From: a virus
Length of the DNA: 64,000 nucleotides
Reading direction: 5' to 3' (one strand)
Virus record (IMG/VR): IMGVR_UViG_3300047553_000733
Coordinates: 38,185 to 102,184 of that record
The first letter of the stretch is position 1, and each line of letters starts with the position of its first letter. Below, one piece after another: positions 16,868 to 28,300 of this stretch. The translations under genes and the position numbers were made by a program. The notes beneath the pieces were generated by a model that did no database searches, was not told the origin of the DNA, and saw nothing but the letters and a program-made list of their open reading frames with translations.

Positions 16868-18645
16868 TGGTTTGCTATTGTTACCAGTTTACCATACTCT
16901 GGTAGATAAAGATATTCAATTTCGCTTTGTTGCAGTGTCCACAGTGCGTCTTCCAATGTTTCTACCAGCGGCTCTCCACCAAGGTTAAAGCTAGTATTGA
17001 ATATAATTGGTATTCCAGTTTGCTTTTTGAACTCACTAATTAGTGCGTAATAATGAGGATTCTCATTAGTGTTAACTGTCTGAATACGACAAGTTCCATC
17101 TACATGTATAATGCTAGGAATCTTATCCTCAACTCCAGGTTGGCAGTTAACCGCATACATCATATGCGGGCTTGAGTTCATGCCGCGTAAATCAAACCAC
17201 TGGTGCACATCTTCTTCTAAAATGCTACCTGCAAAAGGTCTAAAATATTCACGGTGCTTGATGCGGTTTACGTAATCTTTTCCGTCCACAAAAGTAGGGT
17301 CAAACATTAGTGAGCGGTTGCCCAGTGCTCTGGGGCCGTTTTCACTGCGACCTTGAAACATTGCAACAATATTCTTTTTACGCATTAGTTCTACAACTTT
17401 TGCATTATCGCAAGTTTCTACGGTACCACCATACTGCTCAGCAATAGCCTCTATTTGATCAGTATAATCATACTTTGGACCTAAGTAGATTTCTCGTGGA
17501 TGTGTTTCTGTGGCCTGTGTAAGTTGATGATAACCCCACAGTGCAACACCAATTGCTGTGCCGCCATCATTGCTAACTGGCTCAACATACAGCTCAACGC
17601 CTTCATCACGCAGTGTTTTTAAGTAGTAGTAGTTTGCAACACAGTTTAGGGCATATCCGCCACTAAGTACTACTTGTTTTTTACCTGTTAATTCTACTGC
17701 ACTCTTAATTAGCTGTAGTACCTGTGCTTGAGTTTGTGTTTGACAAGTATATGCTAAATCTCGCCTATTTTGACACTTGGTAACATCCTGATCTGTAATA
17801 GTTTGTAGTTCGGAGTACATTGATGCATTAACTATTGCACCGTTAGGATATCTAGGTATAATAACATTTCTGTCACTGATTGGGGCTACTTGTGAATCTA
17901 TAAATAGCTTGGGTATTTGTTCGTTTGATTTGCCATATGGAAATAATCCCATAGTTTTTCCAGCTTCAATAGAACTAAACCCACAATATTCTGTTACTGC
18001 TTCATATACTTTAGTAATACCAGCATTTCCACTTATAAACTCTATATGTGTGCCTTGCTCACCAAATTTTTCACTATTTTCGCTGTGGTTGTAGTGACCA
18101 ACAATTGGCTCTTTGCAACCCAAGTGTTTGTAAATAGTTTTAAAGTTTGCTGGATAGCTACAATCAAATACTGTTTCTGTTTCCCACAATATAACCTGTT
18201 GATTATCAAACATAGCTGGATACATCGTACCAGCTCCGTCAACAATAACTGCTACAGCATCGTTAAATCCACTGCGATAAAATGCAATTGCTGCATGAAT
18301 TTTATGGTGTGAATGGCTAAGATCAATTACTTGTGGATGATTTCGTAAGTCTGCTTTACGATCTATAAATCCCATTTTTCTGGCTAAACCAGTATAAACG
18401 TCGTCGCCAGTATAGTCTACTTTGCCTGCGGTATCATGCAGTGATTGTGTGTGCGATACAAATATAAAATCAAGCTTATCAGTATACTCTTTTACCTTCA
18501 TCATGGTGGCATAGGGACCACCATCATATTTTTGACGACTTAATCGTTCTTCTTCTAAGCTAAAAACAATTTTTCCGTCTTTTAATAGACAGGCACCAGC
18601 ATTGTGCCCTCTAGCAATTCCTAAAATATATCCTGTTTTATTCAT
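16864..18645 (-). CDS. O-carbamoyltransferase, NodU/CmcH/TobZ family
   Basis: EEERLSRQK, HHKIHAA, VDGAG, GKTMGL, GGYALNCVAN, DGGTAIG, GPRALGNRS, KHREYFRPFA, HVDGTCRIQTV, NTSFN. Confidence 0.93.
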   Translation of the reverse strand: MNKTGYILGIARGHNAGACLLKDGKIVFSLEEERLSRQKYDGGPYATMMKVKEYTDKLDFIFVSHTQSLHDTAGKVDYTGDDVYTGLARKMGFIDRKADLRNHPQVIDLSHSHHKIHAAIAFYRSGFNDAVAVIVDGAGTMYPAMFDNQQVILWETETVFDCSYPANFKTIYKHLGCKEPIVGHYNHSENSEKFGEQGTHIEFISGNAGITKVYEAVTEYCGFSSIEAGKTMGLFPYGKSNEQIPKLFIDSQVAPISDRNVIIPRYPNGAIVNASMYSELQTITDQDVTKCQNRRDLAYTCQTQTQAQVLQLIKSAVELTGKKQVVLSGGYALNCVANYYYLKTLRDEGVELYVEPVSNDGGTAIGVALWGYHQLTQATETHPREIYLGPKYDYTDQIEAIAEQYGGTVETCDNAKVVELMRKKNIVAMFQGRSENGPRALGNRSLMFDPTFVDGKDYVNRIKHREYFRPFAGSILEEDVHQWFDLRGMNSSPHMMYAVNCQPGVEDKIPSIIHVDGTCRIQTVNTNENPHYYALISEFKKQTGIPIIFNTSFNLGGEPLVETLEDALWTLQQSEIEYLYLPEYGKLVTIANQ

Positions 18646-18651
18646 AAATAA

Positions 18652-19680
18652 TTATACTAAACTTGTTTTCTTTGCAAATGGTGGTATGGAGGCGTTGTGC
18701 TGGCAGCTATCAGTATGTACATGATTAGTTGCAACTAGCTCAGGTTTAGAATCTTTTTGTTTAGATTTACCTAGTTTATCAGTAACGCTCTTAATCATTT
18801 TATCAAAAGTTTTATCTTCCAAAACCATTAAGTACTCATTAGTTCTATCACTAACAAAATCCATAGTAATTCGTATTGGACTATAGATGCGCTTGTCTTT
18901 ACCATTATCTATAATAGTAAAATCCTTATTATCTGGATAACTAATGTTTTCAGGATAAGTGGCACCTATAACAACAGTTGCTGGTTTACTTAAGGCATGA
19001 GCATAGTGCTGTCCAACACTATCACAACCTAAAAAATAATCTGCTGCATTAATTATACCCATCCACTGCAGTAAATTCGCATTTGGTATTGCTGCAGCCA
19101 TTTGCTTATCTGTTGGTATTTCTACATTGGACATCATAATTACAGCATAATGTTTTCCGAGCTCTTCTACTGTTCTGTATACATCTCGTAACTCAAAACT
19201 ACGACCACTGGAATCAATTATAAAATTACCGTCTTTTTGTACACCGCTACCAAAAGGTTGAAATACTACAGCTTTTTGTTTACCTAACTGTGACTTTACT
19301 TGTGATACTAGTGTGTGCCCATACGCTTGGTCAACTTTATTTATCTGTAGATTAAATGGTTTGGTTGCTGGAATATCTTTTAAATCATTTATCAATATAT
19401 CAAATGCTTGGATTAAGTTGCACTTTTGATTAAAATATGCATTTAATCTATAAGGTTCAGGACTAATTATTTCTTTATCTTTTAATTTTTCTTCAAAAAG
19501 ACTTTTATGACCCATTGGCCATACATTATTACGCAATACAGGACTAGCTAAAAATATTTCGTTCCAGGCCTCTGCAACAATAACAACGTCTTGATCTATG
19601 TTTTGCTTATACCACTCTAATGCTGGAATAGCACAGAGTACTCTGCCTATTCCACCATTAATAAAAAATGCTTTTTTCAT
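18652..19680 (-). CDS. GT-B glycosyltransferase, GT9 (heptosyltransferase)-like
   Basis: N-terminal GGIGRVLCAIPAL; C-terminal ADYFLGCDSVGQHYAHALSKPATVVIGAT, compare the GT9 DSG..H.AAA..P....G.T motif. Confidence 0.8.
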   Translation of the reverse strand: MKKAFFINGGIGRVLCAIPALEWYKQNIDQDVVIVAEAWNEIFLASPVLRNNVWPMGHKSLFEEKLKDKEIISPEPYRLNAYFNQKCNLIQAFDILINDLKDIPATKPFNLQINKVDQAYGHTLVSQVKSQLGKQKAVVFQPFGSGVQKDGNFIIDSSGRSFELRDVYRTVEELGKHYAVIMMSNVEIPTDKQMAAAIPNANLLQWMGIINAADYFLGCDSVGQHYAHALSKPATVVIGATYPENISYPDNKDFTIIDNGKDKRIYSPIRITMDFVSDRTNEYLMVLEDKTFDKMIKSVTDKLGKSKQKDSKPELVATNHVHTDSCQHNASIPPFAKKTSLV

Positions 19681-19718
19681 ATAGTTTCTGATGGTTTATT
19701 TTGGTAGTTAAAGATAAA

Positions 19719-19747
19719 ATTATACCACAAGTTACTAAAAAAGTAAA
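19719..19747 (-). promoter_or_regulatory. promoter for the enzyme operon
   Basis: TTTACT-17-TATAAT with extended -10 (TGG TATAAT). Confidence 0.7.
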
Positions 19748-19781
19748 ATGTATTTTTAACTACGCTTAACCATATAATACC

Positions 19782-20222
19782 TTATTCTGCTGGTACTTCC
19801 GCTGGTGGCGGTGGCGTTGGTTCAGGCTCTGGAGGTATATTTGGTGGTACATAGTCTGGTGCAACTACTTTTGGTGGTTGAACTATATACTCTGTGTCAA
19901 ATACAAACTTTGCCTGCTCCTCGCTGTACTCTGAAGTTAGGTCGTTATAAGTTATAACTTCGTCAAATATTGCATCCATAGTGTCCGTAATAGGCAATAA
20001 ATCTTGTTGATAGAGTGCAATAAAAGCAAATAGTGGACTATCAGCAACTGTTAGCTCCTGATAGTAGTACATATTTTTAGGATCATTAACAAAATCTTCT
20101 GCATCAATTGCAATTTGATCAAACTTATTATCCAGGTTCATTCTGCAATAAAGCGTATCTGGTAAGTCTATATCAAAAGTTTTTGTTTGCTTGTCTGCAA
20201 TTAAATAAGTAATTGTTGTCAT
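19782..20222 (-). CDS. acidic hypothetical protein, possible fibre assembly chaperone
   Basis: follows the fibre genes; Pro-rich C-terminus; SD AGGA. Confidence 0.6.
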   Translation of the reverse strand: MTTITYLIADKQTKTFDIDLPDTLYCRMNLDNKFDQIAIDAEDFVNDPKNMYYYQELTVADSPLFAFIALYQQDLLPITDTMDAIFDEVITYNDLTSEYSEEQAKFVFDTEYIVQPPKVVAPDYVPPNIPPEPEPTPPPPAEVPAE

Positions 20223-20231
20223 TATATTTCC

Positions 20232-21281
20232 TTATTTAAATGTTACTATTACTAGTCCAGCGCTACCACAAGCGCCATAGTTAGGGCCTTCATAACAACT
20301 AGACACATTACCTGGGCCGCCCAGTCCTGGTTTGCGGAATACATTATAGGCATTAGCACAGCATCCGCTATATTCATATCCACTAAATCCGCAACTGATT
20401 GCGCAAACTGTATGATTTGGCATTACAGTATAGTTCCACTGACACATATAACAAATGCTATTACCACACTGCGCTACTGCCCATACCAACGAAGGAATTT
20501 TTGCTTCTACAGCTATAGCATTACCGGAAGTAACTCCACCCACACATAAGCCATCATATCTGTATGTAGGCTTACTAAAGTAATTACTACACTGAAAATA
20601 ACCAGTACACGCCATTAAATTAGATTGACTAGTTGCGTAGTGATGGCCGTTGCTTGGGTAGTAGCATCTTGCACCAACACCACATAAATTACCATATCCA
20701 GTTAAACCACCACAGCTTAGTATACAAGTATCGTTACTGCCACACACAAAGCTATTACAACCATCATAGGCACAATAACTATAACAATTGTTTTGTGTGG
20801 TGGCTATACCGCCACCAGCACATAGCGTATACTGCTGGCCAGCCTGTACATTCATTAATACATAAGTATACTCGCCATTTCCACCACTTTGTGCAAAAGA
20901 GCAACAAGCGCCCCAGCTACACGCACTACCATTGCCGCCAGCACCCCAAATTTGAAACTGTGCCTGTGTAACGCCAGCTGGCACTGTCCATAAACAGCAG
21001 CAACCACCAGCGGTACTGTAATTCGTAGTTTCTCCAACAGTTATAACTCCAGCGGCACCAGTCATCAACTGATTTGGGCTAGGCAGATTGTACCCACCAT
21101 AAAAAGTAGTCCAGTTACGACGCACACCATTAGCAGCAGACAATGCTGCTGCTGCGTTGGTAGTTGCACTGTCTACTTGAGTTTTTAGCGTATTTAGGTC
21201 AGCATCTCCAAAGTCATTAGAATTATTAATTCTAATATTTTTCTTTACGGCCAACTCTAAAATATCATTAATTTTTGACAT
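20232..21281 (-). CDS. Cys-rich tail/adhesin-type protein with glycine-rich domain
   Basis: WTVPAGVTQAQFQIWGAGGNG ... GSAGLVIVTF; 27 Cys in 349 aa by hand count. Confidence 0.7.
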   Translation of the reverse strand: MSKINDILELAVKKNIRINNSNDFGDADLNTLKTQVDSATTNAAAALSAANGVRRNWTTFYGGYNLPSPNQLMTGAAGVITVGETTNYSTAGGCCCLWTVPAGVTQAQFQIWGAGGNGSACSWGACCSFAQSGGNGEYTYVLMNVQAGQQYTLCAGGGIATTQNNCYSYCAYDGCNSFVCGSNDTCILSCGGLTGYGNLCGVGARCYYPSNGHHYATSQSNLMACTGYFQCSNYFSKPTYRYDGLCVGGVTSGNAIAVEAKIPSLVWAVAQCGNSICYMCQWNYTVMPNHTVCAISCGFSGYEYSGCCANAYNVFRKPGLGGPGNVSSCYEGPNYGACGSAGLVIVTFK

Positions 21282-21313
21282 TTTGTCTCCAAATTATATA
21301 TTTATATCTTAGA

Positions 21314-22354
21314 TTAGCACCAGCTAACCTTAACCATGCCCATACGGCCCCAATCACCACATAGTGAAGTACAGCCGCCAAATGCTACACTAGCCGTGCC
21401 ACCCATACCAGGGAATGTCCAAATTGGCGTACCATTTTGTGAATTTGTAGCTCCACAGCAAGCAGCTTGATAAAACGGGTTACAAGTTTGGCCATTATTA
21501 AACACAAGACAGCAGCAAGCTACTTGCGACTTACCGTCCACAGGACTTACTAGTGGAGGGTGAATATGGAACCCATAGATATTGGTATCCATGCAGGTTG
21601 CTCCATGTATACTATTATGACCAAAAGGTGTACCATAAAAAGTTACTTCTGTATCATTAAATACTGGAATACAGCCACAAGTTGCGCAACTATTATCATT
21701 ACAATAATAACTAGTACCACAAATACATCCACCACTGCTAGTGCAAGTAGGATTTTGCCAGCGGCAGCACATACTAGTACCGCAAAGCTGTGTTCTTTGT
21801 TGACACATTCTGCGAATAAGATTGTGACAACCACCATTTGCACAGAAATTGGTTAGCCCATATCCTGTTACTGATGATGGGCTACCTTGATATGTAGCAT
21901 TTAGTGTGCAGCACAGTCTGTTTGCATCTGCACAACCGGCTGTTAATACATACTGACAGCCAGGGGTTACGGGAATTATTGTGGTAGCATATGCGCCTGT
22001 TGCACCAAATGGTGCACCGCCACAACACATACCAGCACCACCTTGTGCCCCTGGGCCCCAGATTTCAAACTTTGCAAAGCTAACTCCGCTTGGAACAGTC
22101 CAAGTGCAGCTAGCTCCACATCGCTTAAAACTACTAGTATCACATACTTGCAGTGTACCAGTACACTGTGTTAAGTGCGGAAAAATACATTTCCAACACT
22201 CTGGATTACAGGCATGACAAGCCAGCACGTTTTTAATTGAAGTAAAAGTACCAGCTGCTGTAAAAGTAGCCTCGGCCATTGCACTAGTTGCAACGGCCTT
22301 GGCTTTTGTTCCGACAGCTAACAAACTGCCATTTAAATCTACTATATTAAACAT
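21314..22354 (-). CDS. Cys-rich tail/adhesin-type protein with glycine-rich domain (paralogue)
   Basis: WTVPSGVSFAKFEIWGPGAQG ... GRMGMVKVSW; 37 Cys in 346 aa by hand count. Confidence 0.7.
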   Translation of the reverse strand: MFNIVDLNGSLLAVGTKAKAVATSAMAEATFTAAGTFTSIKNVLACHACNPECWKCIFPHLTQCTGTLQVCDTSSFKRCGASCTWTVPSGVSFAKFEIWGPGAQGGAGMCCGGAPFGATGAYATTIIPVTPGCQYVLTAGCADANRLCCTLNATYQGSPSSVTGYGLTNFCANGGCHNLIRRMCQQRTQLCGTSMCCRWQNPTCTSSGGCICGTSYYCNDNSCATCGCIPVFNDTEVTFYGTPFGHNSIHGATCMDTNIYGFHIHPPLVSPVDGKSQVACCCLVFNNGQTCNPFYQAACCGATNSQNGTPIWTFPGMGGTASVAFGGCTSLCGDWGRMGMVKVSWC

Positions 22355-22368
22355 TTATTGCAGCCTCC

Positions 22369-25300
22369 TTAAGATAGTACTACTGAAGTAATCTGTAAAT
22401 TATTATTGTAATTTACAGTATATGTGCCATTTTTGTATCCTTGCGCATGAGTTTCAGTAATCTTATCTATTACCTTTATCGGTGCACTTACATATGTTGC
22501 AATTTGGCCTGAGGTTAGTGTTGGTGAAGTAGTAGGTATTGTTATACTGTTACTTGTTAACCAAGCACTAAATCCTGGTATAAACTGACTGTACGGTATT
22601 CCGTCAGCATTTGCTGGTAGTGTTACATTTTTATATGTAACTGCGTAAGTATAAGCATCCCATGTTGCGGCAGTTAAATAACCATTTGCATCATAAGTTG
22701 TACTTGCTCCACTTATGCCATTAGTATTAGTTAGTGTATTAACATAAGTTCTTACAGCATACTCAGTAGGTACAGCAGTATTACTGTTACCACTCATACT
22801 TGCATCACTACTAAATTCGTTAATAGTTTCACCAAGTTGAGCACCAATACTACCAAGTTTCAAGCTAGTCAAACCAGCCAAGTCGAAAGCGTTAGCGTTC
22901 AGTGTAGCACGTCCAGTTGCCTGGTCAATACGGAAATATTCACCTACACGGAAGTTACCGTCTTGGTCAGTACTTACATAGAATACGCGACCTGGGTATG
23001 CTTCGTCTGTTTCATTGCCCTGCGCAGCTGCTTGTGTTGGAGTACCTGGATAGTTAGTAGTACTAATACCACCTGTACCAATACTCAAGAAGTCATGACC
23101 AGTTAAACGAATCTGTGAATACTTACTGCGTAGCGTAACTGCTGTGCCACTTGCACTGCCAGTTGGTTTTTCTTGTGCTAGCACAACTACCAATTGACTT
23201 GTAGCATCTACATAGGTACCGGTTACACTTTGTACCACATAAGCAACTGCATCGCCAGCTAGTTGAATACTTTGACCAGGTTTCGGTGCCGCTGTTAGAT
23301 TGTTTAATACAAGTACAAAACCTTTTTGGCCTTCCAATGCACCCGCACTTACAGTACCTGTTCCACCACTAGTAAATGTCAGCGTATTACCAAGTGCAAA
23401 AGTACCAGTTGTAGCTTTCAAGTACACCTTATTGGCACTGTACTGTACATTAGTAACTATACCAGTAGCACCACTGCTGCTTGTACAAGTATCACCAACG
23501 TTAATAGTACCGCCCTGATAAACAAAGTTTAGTTGCTGACCAATTAGCGCACCTGTTACTGCTGTTTCGTTAACATCGAATCCTCTACTTACAGCACCCC
23601 AAGTACCATAACTATTGTTACCATTTAGTGCACGAATATGTCCACCACCAGTACTTGCGTATCCAAAGTAACAGTAGTAGGTAAAGCAACTTACAATCTC
23701 AGCCTTGCCACCATCCTTCATCCAGTAACCAATACCATTATCACTGATAACAGTAAAGCCGTGGAAGATCATGGTTTTTGCACCGGTTGCGTGTACAGTA
23801 CCGTCAACTAGCGCACCAATTAATCCACTACCAATTGCACTGCACTCCAGTACATAAGGAGATTTTGTAGTAATTGGGCTTGCAGGATTCAATCTTGCTA
23901 CAACACCACGAATAGTACTAGTTGTAATATCGCCAGGTGTTGCACCAGGAACCCAGCCAGTCATGCCAACAAACGTCATTTTATTAAGAATGCTGCCATT
24001 GCTCAATAACCACATTGTTGATTGATTGTTTGGCGTTACGCCATCGTCACTGTTACCGCTTGCAGGCTGTACAATTGTAGTACGCTGATTGTCGCCAACA
24101 ATGGCTACATTGGCTGGTACCGTTATTGGTAGTTGCTCACTGTATGTACCAGTTTTTACAAAAATTGTACTACCTGGTTCAGCTTGTTGGCAAGCATACT
24201 TGATACTTGCAAATGGTGTAGCTAAGTTGCTACCATTAACTGCTGTGTCCACACCGTGTGGGGCAACATAGTAAACTTTACTAGACTCTGTAGCACCAAG
24301 CCACAGTGCTGCTGTACCTGCCGAAGATATAGTAGGGGATCTACCAACCTTTGTGCCACCAGCATTTAGTGGTGCAGCATTTACCTGATTAGCTAGTAGG
24401 TCATAATAAAGGATATTATTACCCTGATTTGTACTTGGTACTGCTACAACTTCACCAGTGTTATTTAGCACCGAGAAGCCTACAAATTCATAGCTGTTAT
24501 ATGGTAGTCCGTAATCTTTTAGTTCTTTTATTTCCTGTGTAGCATACTGGAAAGCTTCGCGTATACTGTTGAATACGTAGCTGCTAGGTATTTTAATAAC
24601 ACGATCTGTGCTATTTGTTGCCACAAAATAAGTATTTGTAAACTTATTAGCAGGAATATTGTTTAAGTCAAATCCAGTTCCGGCGTTAACATAGTTATTA
24701 TATTGTGGAACTGGTGTTAGTGTTGTTGTAGCCGCAAAGCCAGTTGCACCGCCAGTATCTGTTGCAATAATATTTGCATAGCTGTAATGCTTGCCAGGGT
24801 CAACAATTGTAACGCCTAAAATACCGCTTGGTGTAGCTTGTATAGTAAATTGGGCTCCAGTACCTGGGGTACTGCTGTTAATTGTGGCTGTTGCGTATGT
24901 GTAGTTTGTACCAGGATTAGTAATTGACACGCTGCCAATACTATTACCCTCAGCAAGTGTAAGTGCAATTGCACCGTTTTGTGCATATTGATTAGCAGTT
25001 AGCTGAACAGTTGGTGTACTTGTGTAGTTTTTACCTGGATTGGTAACTGTTACACTGCCAATTGGGTAACCACTCAGTATAGGGTTAACTGTTGCTCCAG
25101 TACCACCACCACCACTAAATGTCATGGTTGCGTATGTGTAGCCATGTCCACCATTGGTGATTACCACATCAGTAACACCACCAGCAGTTACTTGCGCAGT
25201 TGCAGTAGCACCATGTCCGTCACCAGTAATGGTAACTGTTGGTGCACTGGTATAGCCACTACCCACATTGGTGATCTCATAGCCCTGAATAAAACTCTTT

Positions 25301-28300
25301 AGAGTATACGCAGTTGCTGTAGCACCAGTACCGTTACCAGTAATTGTTACGTTTGCGTAAGTATAGCCGCTACCGCCATTAGTAATGTCAATGTCAGTAA
25401 CTGCTCCGGCAACTATGGTTACTGTTGCTGTTGCACCAGTACCGTCACCAGTAATTGTTGCAGTTGCATTTGTATAGCCGCTGCCCAATGTATCCATGTG
25501 CACGTGTGCAACCGGTGTACCTGTGTTTAGCGTAATTGCAACTGTGGCACCTGTGCCACCTCCACCTACCACTGTACCAGTTACACTAGTATAACGGCTA
25601 CCTGCATTAGTAATTGCTGCGCTTGCAACGTTTTTACCTGGTGCTACTACTAGTGCCGCTGTTGCTCCAGTACCGTCACCACTTAGGGTAATGGTAGAGT
25701 CATTGGCATAGTTATAACCAGCATTAGTTAGTGTAATGCTTTGTAGTGGTGCACCTGCTAGTACAGGTGTAACTACTGCTCCAGTACCATCACCCTGCAC
25801 GCTTAATGTGGTAGATAAACCGCTATATCCGCTACCCTGGCTGGTAACTGTTACGCCACCAAGAACGCCAAGCTTATAGCTGAACTGTGCGTCGTCAAAG
25901 TCTGCAAGTTTCCAGGTAGAGCCTATTCTTGTTAAGAACTTGTTACCGGTTTTTACTGGTGCTGTAAATGTTAAGTCAGCATCACGTAATTCACCAGTTT
26001 TTGTGTTTGTGTATGTTGCTACGGCTGCACTGATCGGTGTTAAACCATAACCACTAATTACTTTAGCCTTTTCAGCACGCTTTAGTCTGACCAGTGTAGC
26101 ACCGTCCATACTAATGCCGTGGCGCTGATCTTCAACGCTTAGCGCACGACTATTGTTGCTGCTGCCATTTACTGCAGCTACATTTGCCGTTGTGGTCAGT
26201 ATAGCATCTGTGCGATTTGCTGAGCTGGTTAGTGTGCCGCCTTCAAAATAGAAGTAGTTGTATCCAGCAATGGTAGCGCTTTGTCTAGAGACTAGCGCAG
26301 TCTTTTCATAGCGTACACCGTTAATCCAGTAAACAAACTTTGTTTGTCCAGGAGCTGGGAATACTACTAAGGTTCTTGCGGCTGCGTTTGTTGAGTAGGC
26401 TGTTCCGCTGGCAAATATGCCATTTTCGCGAACAGTTACTGCACCTGTTTTGTCGATGCTATAAACGCGTGTACCGTTGTCGCTGTACTCAACAACACCG
26501 CGAGTATCTGGGTGCTCGTTGTCGAATCCAGTTGGATCCATTGTTGTATTAGTAACAGTAGAACCACTAATAACATCAAGTACACCGTCAACAGTTACAT
26601 TGCTCTTTACAGTTGTAAGAGCACCTGTTTTACCCAGTGTTAAGTTATTAGCTGCGCCAAATGCAGTTACTGTGGTAGCATTCTCATTAGCCAGGTTTAG
26701 TGTTGCAGCACTAACTGTAACATCGCCGCCATCAATGTTAACGTCACCGTCAACATCTAAGTTATTTTTAATGCGTGTTGTACCGGTTGTTGCACCGATA
26801 TTAACACTTGTAGCTGCACCAAATGCGTTAACTGTAGTTACTGTGGTGTTAGCAAGATTAAGGTTGTTACCGCTAACAGTAACATCGCCACCATCAATAT
26901 TCAAGTCACCGTCTACATCCAAGTTACCGCTGACACGAGTATTACCAAGTGTAGAAGTACCGTCTGTGTTAAGTGTAGAGCCGTTGGTAAGATTTAAGCT
27001 ACCACCACTAATATTAATAGTTGCACCATTTTGTGCTGTATAGCTAGCATTTACGCCGCTTGCAACTAGTGGACCACTGATGGTTCCGCCTGCTGCTGCA
27101 TTAATAAACTGGTCTACATAAGCTTTTGTAGCTGCGTGTAGTGGATCTGTTGGTGCTGCATACAGTGTAAGCATACCAAGCATAGCATCACCATCTTTAG
27201 ACAGGAAGCCTTCGGCACCAGTAGCAAAACTGGCCCAATTTGCATTTGTTCCACCAGCTGGGTTACTGCCACCAATTGTATCAACTGCAGCAATAAAAGA
27301 ACTAGCACCAGCCTTTACTACATCATCTTTGTAGTATTGTGTTGTACTGTTCCAAGTACCCATCCAACGAATACCACTGTTAAATTTCTGCCACTTGTTG
27401 GCAGCTAAGTCAGTGTTAAAGTCTACGGAAGCGTGTGGTAAAATGGAAATATAAGTATTGCCGCCATAGGTTACAACTTCATCAGTTGCATACTGTGTAG
27501 CAGTTGCCCATGTACCACGTAATTTGAATCCTGCAACAACCTTGTCCCAGGTAGCTGTAGTTGTTGGGTTAACACCCTGATTGTCAGCCTTTGAGCGATA
27601 TAGTGAACCGCCATAACCAACAATCTCATTGATTTTATATTCAGTACCGCTAGACCATACGCCTTGGTATGAAAAACCGCTACTGTATACTTGCCACTTA
27701 GTAGCATCAGTAGGTAAATTACCTGTTGTTACGCCAAGTGCAATATAAACATTGCCGCCGTAGCTAACAATATCGCCTTGGTAGTAGTTGGTAGCATTTA
27801 CGTATGTACCCTTGTAGCTATTACCAGCAGTTAACAGTTCCCAATTAGCTGCAACTGTAGGCAGTGTATTGGACTGTGTTAACTTTGAACGATAGATATT
27901 GTTACCGTACACAACAATATCATTTACATAATATTCTGTTACAGCACTGTAGTTACCAGTAAACTTAATACCACCAACATATAGTTCCCAGTAAGTTGTA
28001 TTACTAGGAGCATTGCCGGTAGTTTCTGTCTTGGCACGATAAATGTTAGCACCGTAGGCTACTAAGTCATTTGGTACATAGGCTGTAGCTTCGTTATAAA
28101 CGCTACGAGGGCTAACGCCCTCAACAAACCTATCCCAATATGCTGTAACTGTTGGTAAGTTATTTGTTCCGTCTTGTTTTGCAACATAGATAGATCCACC
28201 ATACTTAACAACGTCATTTTTCTGATAAGACGTTGTAGGAGAGTATGTACCTTCGTACTGAATACCATCCAAGAAACGTGACCAGTATGTGGCATTAGGA

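Noticed and set aside
14267-19680. Host LPS locus, i.e. prophage boundary or chimeric contig
   Set aside because: The genes are compact, share strand and apparent composition with flanking phage genes, and no integrase, att site or housekeeping genes are visible. Read mapping would settle it.
22180-22225. CHAC/CxxC cluster as a c-type heme-binding site
   Set aside because: No CxxCH motif and no export signal.
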